64,000 nt of DNA, from the NCBI GenBank assembly GCA_951406725.2, contig OX597821.1, forward strand, positions 114,576,001-114,640,000, given 5' to 3'. How positions within the stretch are numbered: the stretch's first letter is position 1; each line of letters begins with the position of its first letter. The notes beneath the pieces were generated by a model, which was not told the DNA's origin, searched no databases, and was given only the letters and a program-made list of their open reading frames with translations. This DNA comes from Octopus vulgaris. Lineage: Eukaryota. Positions 13,474 to 25,492 of this stretch are shown here, piece after piece. The translations under genes were made by a program, and so were the position numbers.

Positions 13474-14186
13474 ACTTCTTTCTTTTGCTGCTGGTTCTGG
13501 AACCATGGCCATATCCATTGTTGTTCCTTTAACTTTGGGGTGTTTAATGCTGTTAATGTTCTGTTTGAATAGTTTCAGGTTTCTTCTAATTAGAACCTGA
13601 CAACGCCTCTGCATTGACAACAGGGTGTCAGTCCTCCCTCCCCAGAACGTCATAATCTTCACCAACCCCTAAACATTACAGTCTCAAGTCCTACGACTCA
13701 TAGGGCCAGTTATTCGGTTTCCATGGTGCGTAAGAGGATAAAGAATACGCACACCATCCGTTTTCGGCGTAACAAAAACCCCAACCCTAAACACCGGGTG
13801 TGCATATTCTTTACTTTCGCCGCGTAAGTGACCGAGATCGCATCATCATCCCCAAACAAGTCGCCAGTCTGTTGCAGAATTACTCATTTACAGCTGAGTG
13901 AAACCGACTAACGTGAAATGAAGTATTTTGCTCAAGAATACACCGCACCGCCCGGTCCAGGAACCGAAATCGCGATCTTGAGATTGTAAGTACAACAGCC
14001 TAACCACTAGGCCACACGCCTTCACTCTTAGAATCCCCCTGGAATTTACTCCCAGCTGATGTCTTTCGCATAGGTGTTAACCTGAAACTATTCAAACAGA
14101 ACATTAACAGCATTAAACTCCCCAAAGTTAAAGGAACAACAATGGGCATGGTCATGGTTCCAGAACCAGCAGCAAAAGAAAGAAGT
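13474..14186. repeat. 108-bp inverted repeat pair (13474-13581 / 14079-14186)
   Basis: Direct comparison shows 4 mismatches in 108 bp. Confidence 0.9.
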
Positions 14187-14879
14187 CGTCCCTTCCTCCA
14201 GACCAATCCTATAGAATATCAACTGCAACGACAACGCAAGCAAATTAAGTCATCTAAAGATCAATAGTCGTCGGTTTTCTTTCACTGATTTTCTAAGAAA
14301 GAAATTATTAAGCGGAGCCGAACTTCTTTTACTCAGAAAATACTGGGTTGTCGCATAAATTCATTCTATTTTTTTTTTTTTTACCATTTTAATCCTTTCT
14401 AATACTACTTGAATTAACACGAAAATGACTTTTATGGGAATGTTTATGGTTTCTTGTAGTTCTATTCTTCCTCTACAACTTTTGTTTATCATTTTTGAAA
14501 TTTGTATAAATTTAAGCCCCCCCCCCCCCGACAAATAACAGTACTAAGCAAAAAGTCACGACAAAACAAGACAAAAACGAACGAATTTATCTGACAACCT
14601 AATGTCTGTATTGGATCCTACAGTTTCTTGATGTAAGGGAAGTAACCTTCTTACCTTAAACACATCTTTCACTATTTCTAGAGCACTTACATTAAATGTT
14701 GGTCTAATCAATAATAATTTCATAATTAATTATATTAATTACAATTAAATTTAAATATATCATGATATAATGATTATAGGTAGGTGAAGTAGCATAATGT
14801 TCTTTATAAATATTTCGAATTGTATTTCGTTAACAAGACACCGGTTTACATTCTGAGTTTTATAGAAACTGTTTTTAAG

Positions 14880-15020
14880 ATGGCGAGCAAATCTGAATCA
14901 GATTGGAAACCGATCGAGATCGACCCACAATTTTTTTCTGACAAGGAATTTAGGAACCTTGTCTGCATAGAAGAAGTTACTGACTATAAAATTGTGAATG
15001 GACAGATTATTTTAGGCTCT
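14880..15020 (+). CDS. DDX24: DDX24 exon 1 ([19 protein letters not shown]...IILGS)
   Basis: aagATGG start context; WK.I.IDP..F...LVCIEE.TDY resembles the DDX24 N-terminus; donor GTAAGT at 15021, phase 0. Confidence 0.85.
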
Positions 15021-18000
15021 GTAAGTATATATATGTTGATTGTTATGTGTGAATGTCCTGTCTATATCCACCAACCCACGTGTGCGTCGTGTCTACGTCC
15101 GTCCTGTTTGCTGTGTTTTCTTTAATTTCTCGTCTGTTTCAACTCTTTTCGGTATTATTTTAGGATAACACCAGCTCATGAGATGAGTGTAAGAGTAAAT
15201 ATTTACGCGGAAGGGGCATGAAATGGAGAGTCGGGGTACAAAATTTAAAAAAGAATTATATTTGTGTATGTAACCAGTGCTACATTCGATTGTAATCGTT
15301 CGTCCTAAAACCCTAACGCTGCAATGATAAGTCCTGGGAGAAAATTCTCCACCTAGACTTGTGTCAAACACATTTTGTTTGGGGCCCTGATTAACGTCAT
15401 TTGGACAAAACCTTTTCTTCCTTGTTTTTTTTTCTTCACCATGAGGTAATGATTGCTATTCTGAAAGTTCGCTGTTCTTTCTTTGTCTGATCGCTTAGTA
15501 ATTAACTAATTAATGATTAAGGTGCCACTGTACTCCATCACCATAAAAACAAATTGTCGTGTAATACAGAATTTATTTAAATATTGACGATGTGATTTAC
15601 ATGTGATACTTTATTTTCTCATATCTCGATCAAGTGTCAGATCGAACTGCCACTGGAATTAATGGTTTCATATGGCACAAGGCCAGCAATTTAGTGGGGA
15701 GGGTAATTAGATTTCATCAACCCCTATACTCAACTGATATTTATTTATCGAACCTGAAAGGCTGAAAAGCAAAGTCAACCCCGATGGAATTTGAACTCAG
15801 GTCGTAAAGTTTAGCGAAATGCTGCTAAGCATTTTTGTCCGGCGTGCTCACAATTCTGCCACCCTTGCCAATGGAATTTATAACCATTTGAAATATATTT
15901 AATCAGGGGCAAACACTCAAAAAGCATGAACTGTTATTTACATATTAAAGACATATTCATCATCATCGTTTAACGTCCGGTTTCCATGCTAGCATGGGTT
16001 GGACGATTTGACTGAGGTCTGGCGAACCAGATGGCTGCACCAGACTCCAATCTGATCTGGCAGAGTTTCTACAGCTGGATGCCTTTCCTAACGCCAACTG
16101 CTCCGAGAGTGTAGTGGGTGCTCTTAATTGCCATCGGCACGAGGGCCAGTCAGGTGGTACTGGCAACGGCCACACTCAAGTGGTGCTGTTTATGTGCCAC
16201 CTGCACAAGAGCCAGTCCAGCGGCACTGGCAACGACCTCGCTCGAATTTTTTTTCATGTGCCAACAAGTGCCAGTAAGGCGACACAGGTAACAATCATGC
16301 TTGAATGGTGTTTTTTACGTGCCACCGGAACGGAGGCCAGCTTCTTGCTCTGGCAATGATCATGCTTGTATAGTACTCTTAGCACTCCACTAGCACAGAT
16401 GCCAGTCATCGAATGAAAGAAAGTGGGCTGGTTACACCCCTGGCATAGGCCACAAGGTTATATAAAATATTCACAAAATACTAAACTCATAGTACGGTTT
16501 CACTTCTCACTGAAACACTCGACATTTCCACGTCTTGAAATATTATTAGGACTTCATAACTGAAGCCAGCCTAGTACTCGTCTTAAAGATTTCTTGTTTT
16601 CTTTGTTGAGCCATGTCATCATGACAAGTGCTTTTTATACCACTGCTCAAGCCAAAATCACATTCATTATAAAGGTAGTAGTGTTATTTCCTGCTTGCAT
16701 CATTGTTTACCATTCTGGTGTTGAATCATTATTCTTTTTATGCAACACCTGTGAAAGTGGATATACTTGAAGTGCAACAGGAAAGGCAATTGGCCATAGA
16801 AAATTCTGATCCATGCAACCATGGAACAGTGACCTTTAAAATGATTTGATGTGTGTATATTCTACCTATATGTCTGTGCACACCCTTGAATGCAGTGTAT
16901 GCCAGATGGTTTGCAAATGTAACGGAGGCCTCAAAAGACATTTTAAGATCCACAAAAATCAGAACTTAACTGCAGCTCTTGGTGGTCCAAATCGGACGTG
17001 CAATCTATGTGGGTGTCTTTTCGATACACTGTCTGGTTTAAAAAGCCACATCAGATACCATAAGGTGTAGGTACAGGAAGTGGTCAAACTCTGCATAAGG
17101 TTGAAAACAACCACTATATATGTGTATGTGTGTGTATTTTTATGACAGGCTTCTTTCAGTTTCTGTATAGCAGTTCCACTTACAAGGCTTTGGTCAGGCC
17201 AGGACTATAGTAGAAGACACTTGACAAGGTGCCAAGCTGGGGGACTGAATCCAAAACGATGTGGTTGGGAAGCAAACTTCTTACCATACTTCTGGTGCCA
17301 TGTAAAATATTTTCCACTGATATACTGCCAACTGAATTGTAGTTATTATAAATATTTTCTCATTGTAGGAATCAATAGAACAAGCACCAAAGAGAAAATT
17401 GACTCAAAATTCTTCACAGAAGAAAAAAAGGAAAAGGGCCAAACTTCGTAAGTTTTAAAATTTAAAAAATTCTATTTGTTTATTTCATGATATTTGTTAA
17501 ACTGTTGACTGTAATCAAGTATGTAGAAGTTGGGACGCTGCGGTCCTGGGTAACATGTTTAATGCAACAGGAGTTCAAATTCAGGTGTAGGCTATCCAAG
17601 AAGGGAGCTTCCGTGAGATCGCTCAGTCTGTTAGAAATAGTGGCTAAATTTTCTTCAAATTGACATCCTAGAAAAAGAGGAAGGACACTGTAGATATTAT
17701 AGTAGTTGATGGAATGGTCGTGACTGGAATGTCAGGTCTGTTGGTCTGAGGTTAAGCAACAGTAACAACTCTGTTGCAGATATTGTGACTTTATTTCAGA
17801 CATTCGAGCTAGGTCGCTGCCAGTACTGCCTGACTGGCCCCCGTGCTGGTGGCACGTACAAAGCACCCACTACACTCTCGGAGTGGTTGGCATTAGGAAG
17901 GGCATCCAGCTGTAGAAACTCTGCCAGATCAAGATTGGAGCCTGGTGCAGCCATCTGGTTCGCCAGCCCTCAGTCAAAATCGTCCAACCCATGCCAGCAT

Positions 18001-21000
18001 GGAAAACGGACGTTAAACGATGATGAACGACGAGGTTCTTTTATTGTTTTTGAAAAAAAGTAATAGAATTCTTAACCCTTTCAAAGCGTGTGTCTGCTTT
18101 TAACAAATTTCATTTGTCTCTATTATTCCTGGAAGATGCAAGAATGGACAGCCACATGGGTTCATGTTTACAACTGGAAATATCAATGTTTCTTTCAATT
18201 AGCAAACCATAAGCACAAAACAATGTGGCTGCCTGTTTTTGTGTCCCCCAGGAGCAGAGTGAAGCATAATCACACCTGCTGGTCCTTACTTGTGAAGTCA
18301 AAGAGTTAAGAGATGTTCTGTGAGAAGCATTTCATTAAAATGTCTGTTTCAAACACTTAAGTGCTGAAAAAATTGTTAAACATGATCAGCTTTATCATTT
18401 TACATCTTTTTTCCTTGCTGATATGAGTCAGAGAGACCACCGCAGTCCAAGTTGGTTCTTATTTAGCGATACAGACTTTCTAGACAGATGGGAAAACCAA
18501 ACTTCATTTGTCTTCTTCAATTTTGCTCAGGTTTCTACAGCTGGATGCCCTTCTTAATGCACTTGGTGCAGTTTGTTGTAGCACCAGCATTAGAGAGGTT
18601 GCCATTCTTGGGACGTAACAATCTCTTGTTGCTTTCCCAGCTCTAACCACTTTATGATTAAATGCTTTTTTATCATTGCACCAGCACCAGTGAGGTTTAC
18701 ATGTTTTGGAATTAAATAAGATATACATTCAGACTGTATTAGGTATTAATATTTTTCCATTTTATTTTTATTTTCAGGTAAAAATGCGGATGTTTCTGAA
18801 AAGAAGCTATTGTCTGGTAAGTTGATCTTTTACACATTTGTACCTATAAACCTTGAAATGGCCTTCTCGTTTAGTATTTCTTCTATCTTTTCTTTAAAAA
18901 CAGAAAGTTGGCTGAGTTGTTAGTGTCAGATAGAATTCATTGTGCTGGTTCTTTCAGCTCTAAATTCTGATTTCAAATCCTGCTGAGGTCAACTTTGTCT
19001 TTTGGGTGGAGAGGCAGTAAAAAATGATGCACCAGTCCAGAGTAGTGAATTGTTGATGTTTTGTAAACCAGTGCAGTACCCTTTATGTAACCAAATCACT
19101 GCTGTCTTAAAAAATGATGGACTCATTGGATAATGTACTCAAGGATGCATTATTTCTAAATGAGAGAGTGGCCATGGCTAGAATGTCCTTGGTCATAGAA
19201 CTGCTTGATCAGGATTGACTTCCAACCAAAAACCACATCTCCTGATTTATTCAGAGCTTTTATAAGTTACTAAAGTCTACACCTCATCAAATTCACTGCT
19301 GAAAGCACCTGTTTGAAATGGAGCTTTCTAATTAGTCACATGACCTTGTTTAACCCATTTTCATTATGTTTCTCTTCAAATACACTGCTTTTGTCTCACC
19401 AGATTTTGAAATCAATGGATGATTCAGTAAAATAATGTTGTCGTTAATAAGTTAGGTGTTTAGAACATTAATTAACATTCAACTTTGATGGAAGGTTTTA
19501 ATTAAGATCCCGTTAACCCTTTGTTGCCATATTTCTGTTGAAATACATTTCCTTGGTTTCAATCAATTTTGAAACTAATAAAGAATTTAGTGAAATAATT
19601 TTGGCATTATTAGGTGGGCGTTTAGTATATAAGGAGTGAAGGCACATGGCTCAGTGGTTAGAGCGTCAGACTCACAATCATGAGTTAGTGAGTTCGATTC
19701 TCAGACCAGGCTCTGTATTGTGTTCTTGAGCAAGACACTTTATTTCACGCTACCCTAGTTCACTCAGCTGTAGAATTGAGTTGCTGCATCACTGGTGCCA
19801 AGCTTTGTCTTTCCCTTGGATAACATTGGTGGCGTGGAGAGGAGAGGCTGGTATGCATAGGCAATTAATAGTTTTCCACAAAAACAACCTTGCTTGGACT
19901 TATCTTTTTAGTATATAAAATGGTATGAAATTTTAATGGAAAGTTTTAATTTAGACCATAACCGTGGCCTTTACCAGCCCACTTATGAATACCTTTCCGT
20001 CTTTGGACACTAAACTCTGCTTGCGAAGACCTGTTGTGGCAAGTGAAATCGAAATTGAATCAAATTCGATGACTGGCTCCCGTGCCAGTGAAGCGCTAAC
20101 AGCTCCATCCGAGCAGGATCACTGCCTCAGCAGCTGTCTGGCTTCCGTGCCAGTGGCATGTAAAAAGCACCATTTGAGCATGATTGTTACCAGCGTCGCT
20201 TTACAGGCACTTGTGCCAGTGGCATGTGAACTAAACATTCGAGCGAGGTCAAATGGAAAATGTAGTTGTGATATTTGTGCCGGTGGCATGTAAAAAGCAC
20301 CATCCAAACGTGACTGGTTTCTGTGCTGGTGGCATGTAAAAAGTACCCACTACACTCACGGAGTGGTCGGCGTTAGGAAGGGCATCCAGCTGTAGAAACA
20401 CTGCCAGATCAGACTGGGCCTGGTGCGACCTCCTGGCTTCCCAGACCCCGGTCGAACCGTCCAACCCATGCGAGCATGGAAAGTGAACGTTAAACGACGA
20501 CGATGATGATGATGATGATCAATTTGAAACAGTTTATATCATAGAACTGCGGGTGGTCTCTAGTGGGTGGGTACCAAAAGGGTTAACAGGTACAAATATT
20601 TCTGTCATTAATGAAATTTACAATATAGAAACGTTGGAAAGCATTTATTTCAGTTTCATGTTTTTGTTACCCTCACCAGATAAAAACAGCACAGAACCAT
20701 CAAAGACAAAAGGCCAAGCACATTCCACTACAGCATCTTTACCAGGTAAGGATTAAATTGTTTTGCAATTGTTATTTTTATAAATATTTTGGCTCATTAT
20801 TCTTCATGTGAAGATTTAGGACTTATAAGATGGCTTGTAAAAGGCACTATTCGAGCATGATCTTTGCCAATGCTGGCTACGTAAAAAGCACTATTTGAGT
20901 GTGGTCATTGCCTGTGCCGTCTGACTGGCTCCTGTGCCGGTGGCATGGAAAAAGCACCATTCGAGCGTGGCTGATGCCAGTATCACCTTACTGGCCCTCA

Positions 21001-24000
21001 TGCCAGTGGCATATAAAAAGCACCCACTACATTCACGGCACAAGTGCCAGGCGAGGCTGGCAATGGCCACGATTGGTTGGTGCTTTTTATGTGCCACCGG
21101 CACGGAGGCCAGTCGAGGTGGCGCTGGCAACGGCCACATTCGGATGGTTCTTTTACATGCCACCGGCACTGGTATCACAACTACAATTTCCATTGATTTT
21201 TGAAAAGCACCATTCAAGCGTTGGGCCTCATGGAGGCAAAGTGGCTGATGCCAGTGGCAAGTGAAAAGCTCCTTTCAAGTGTTGGGCCTCATAGAGGCAA
21301 TGACTGAGACCTTTGGTATTATGTTGTACTTGAGAAGACCCATCAAACCAAGCAAAATCACAGTCATGGCAGATACTGGTGTCATGCAAATGGCACGTAA
21401 AAGCACCCATGACACTCTCAGAGTGGTTGGCGTTAAGAAGGGCATCCAGCTGTAGAAAGCCATGCCAAATCAGACTGGAGTCTGATGCAGCCTTCCAGCG
21501 TGCCAGCCCTGGTCAAACCCTCCAACCCATACCAACATGGACAATGGACGATAAATGATGATATATATATATATACTCACTTTTGCGTTTCAGTCATTTG
21601 ACTGTGGCCATGCTGGAGCACCACCTTTAGTCAAAGAAATCGACCCCAGGACTTATTCTTTATAAGCCTAGTACTTATTCTGTCAGTTTCTTTTGCCGAA
21701 CTGCTAAGTTTCAGCGACCTAAACACACCAAGATCAGTTGTCAAGCAATGGTGGGTGGACAAACACAGAAACAAACACACACATAAATATATATATATAT
21801 GACAGGCTTCTTTCAGTTTCCATCTACCAAATCCATTCACAAGGTTTTGGTCAGCCTGGGACTATGGTAAAAGACACTTGCTCAAGGTGCCATGCAGTGG
21901 GACTGAACCCAGAACCTTGTGGTTGGGAAGAAAGCTTCTTACCACACAGCCACGCAGCAGGTTTCTTTCAGTTTCCATCTATCAAATCCACTCACAAGGC
22001 TTTGGTCAGCCTGAGGTTATAGTAGAAAACATTCAAGGTGCCATGCAGTGGGACTGAACCCAGAACCACATGGTTGGGAAACAAGCTTCTTACTGCATAG
22101 CCACCATAACCAGAAGTAATACAAAGAATACAGTAACGGTTGTTGTTCTTTGAAGCTGTTATATTTTTGTCTTTTTCTTCCTTAGATATGGGTGCTTGGG
22201 CTCATCTCCCGGTGCCTGAACCTGTCCTCCAAGCAATTGCTGAGCAAGGTTTTACTCAACCAACTCCAATACAGAACGAATGTCTGATTCCTGCTATTGA
22301 GTACAAGCAAGACATTGTTGGTGCTGCTGCAACTGTAAGAGACCTGCATATCTTATCTGTTTATTAACTAAATGTTTTAGCATTAGTTGCCTTTGGGGTT
22401 TTTGTTACAGAGTCTCTCTTGAGAGTAAAAACATGTAAACTATTTTTTTAAATAATGTAATTACACTTAATCAAGATATGGACTTTATAAGACTTGTTTT
22501 AATATTTTTCTTATGTAAAGTGGCAAGCTGGCCGAATCATTAGCACACTGGGCAAAGATGCTGAGCAGCACTTCATCCAACTTTATGTTCTGAGTTCAAA
22601 TTACACTGAGGTTACCTTTCGTCCTTCAGGATCTGTAAAATAATTACCAGTTGAACTTTGGGGGTTCCATGTAAATAGACTTACCTGCTCCTCTAAAATT
22701 GCTGGTCTTGTGCCAAAATTTGAATCTAATATTTTCCTATGTCTTTGTTGTAGGGAAGTGGTAAAACTTTAGCCTTTGGAATCCCTATTTTATACAATAT
22801 CATGGAAGATGAAAAGATTAAGGCATCTAAAAGCAAAAAGCTTGAAACCGATAATGAGAACAATGAAAGCAGCCTGGCTCCAGAGAATGAAGATGAAGGA
22901 AAGTCTAATGATGAGAACGAGACACTGAAAAAAGACAATGATAACCAAAATGTTGAAATTAATGTCATGGCTACAGATCGTGAACTTTTAGAAGATGAAG
23001 TTGATGATGAAGATGGTGTATTTAAAAATTTTGAAGATTCTCAGATTTCAGATGAGGATGGTTTAAAAGCTTTAATTCTCACTCCAACACGTGAACTGGC
23101 AGTACAAGTGAAAAACCATTTAGTTGCTGTAGCTAAATACACAAAAATAAAGGTCAGTTACTTTTGTGTTTGTTTTTGTTGTGTTTAATAGCACAAGTTA
23201 TTCTTTGTTGTTATCAGTTTCTAGATTGTTCTCTTATCAGAATCAAAATCACTCAAAAATCAATGAAAATTGTAGTTGTGACACCAGTGCTGGTGGCACG
23301 TAAAAGAACCATCCGAACGTGGCCATTGCCAGCGCTGCCCTGACTGGCCTCCGTGCCAGTGGCACGTAAAAAGCACCAACCGATCGTGGCCATTACCAGC
23401 CTCGCCTGGCACATAAAAAGCACCCACTACACTCACAGAGTGGTTGGCGTTAGGAAGGGCATCCAGCTGTAGAAACACTGCCAGATCAGACTGGGCCTGG
23501 TGCAGCCTCCTGGCTTCCCAGACCCCAGTTGAACCGTCCAACCCATGCCAGCATGGAAAATGGACGTTAAACGATGATGATGATCCTTCCTGGAATTCTT
23601 ATTATTTTCATATTGTTTGATTCTTCTAAAGTTAATTGCAATTTTCATATTTCCACGGTGATTGTGTTGTGTGTTGAATGAATAATGTATAGTTAGCAAA
23701 TGCTTTGAGCAATCTAATCTATGAAACAAAATCAAAGATGCTCTATTATCATCATTATTGTCTTAACATCTACTTTTCCATGCTTGCATGGGTCATATAG
23801 AATCTATTGAGGCAGATTTTCTCTGCAGATGCCCTTCCTGTCATCAACCTTCACCTGATTTAGAGTTAGGAACTTAAAATCACAACCATTCTAAAACAAG
23901 GTTCTGACATTCTCTTTTTGAATATTTCAATAAATCTTGAGTCTGCGTTGTTACACTCTGTTTTGTATTTTGTTTTCCAGGTGGTTGCTATTATTGGTGG

Positions 24001-25460
24001 GATGTCAGAACAGAGACAAGAACGCATCTTGAAGAGACGACCACATATTATTGTTGCCACACCAGGACGGCTTTGGGAACTCTATAATAAAGTATGTATA
24101 ATATATGTATGTGTGTGTGTGTGAGTATGTATATATGTATGAGTGTGTGTGTATGTATATATTTATGTGTTTGCATGTTTGTTTACATATACTCTTAATA
24201 TCAAAAGTTGCAAACAGTGAAGCTGTTTTCATTTCTGCAGTCAACAAATCAAAAACAAGTAAAGGTTAGTGACAGAAACAATGCCTTCAATCATATATAT
24301 TTGTCTAACCCTTGCTGGTATGGAAAACAGATCTAAAAGCAAAGAGAGCATTCACTTAAAAAATGTTAATACTAAAAAAAGTCTATTTGGTTTAATAACA
24401 ATTTCCCTATTGACTAAATGCAACATATTAAGCATTGGTGTGGGTGCTGGTGCCACATGAAAAAACTCTGTTAAGTGATTGGCATTATGAAGGGCATCCA
24501 GCTGTAGAAACCAAGCCACCTGGTGTGGCCCCTGGCCTTGCCAGTTCCTGCCAAGCTGTCCAACACATGTCAGCATGGAAAACGGACATTAAATCATCAT
24601 CATTTAACATTCGTTGTCCATGCTGGCACGGGTTGGACGGTTTGACTGAGCTGGCACACTGGAAGGCTGCACCAGGCTCCAGCCTAATTTGGCATGGTTT
24701 TTCTATAGCTGGGTGCCCTTCCTAACACCAACCACTCCAAGAGTGTAATGGGTGCTTTTACTTGCCACAAACATAGGTGCCATTTGCATGACACCAGTAT
24801 CTGCCACAACTGCAATTTTGCTCAGCTTGATGGGTCTTCTTCTCAAGCACAACATAATGCCAAAGATCTCAGTCATTGCCTCTGTGAGGCCCAACACTCG
24901 AAAGGAACTCAGTCACTTTGCCTCCCTGAGGCTCAATGCTCAAGATGATGATTAAAACTATGAGATTCTGGTTACAGTATAGTCTTCAGAGCAACCAGAC
25001 TTTGCTTGTTTTAAATGCCAAATGATAAAAATACAATAGAAGTTTATTTCCTTTTATATTTACACATTTCTGCTTTCTTCTTTCATCAGAGAAATCCTTA
25101 CATCTTAACTGTGAAAAGCATCCAATATCTTGTCATTGATGAAGCTGATCGTATGGTAGAGAAAGGACATTTTGAGGAACTCCAGAAACTGCTCAGCATA
25201 TTACGCCAGTTAGTACGGTTTTTATTTTAATAATCAACAAAATGTTTAGAGATGGGCTTAAATAAGTTGCAAAATTTTAGAACATTACCCATGCTGGTGC
25301 CGCATAAACACCCACTACACTCTGGAAAGTGGTTGGTGTTAAGAAGGGTATCCAGCCATAGAAACCATACAAAACTGACAATGCAACCTAGTATAGCTCT
25401 CCGGTTCATCATCTCTTATCGAACCTTCCAACCCATGCCAGCATGGAAAATGGCTGTTAA

Positions 25461-25492
<32 letters not shown>

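Noticed and set aside
16846-17070. Host C2H2 zinc-finger gene nested in DDX24 intron 1
   Set aside because: No TGEKP linkers; matches the RTE LINE C-terminus seen at 49361-49762
20080-20350. CRISPR-like repeat-spacer array
   Set aside because: Eukaryotic context, no cas genes, degenerate repeats, and the same spacers recur in dispersed retroelement copies
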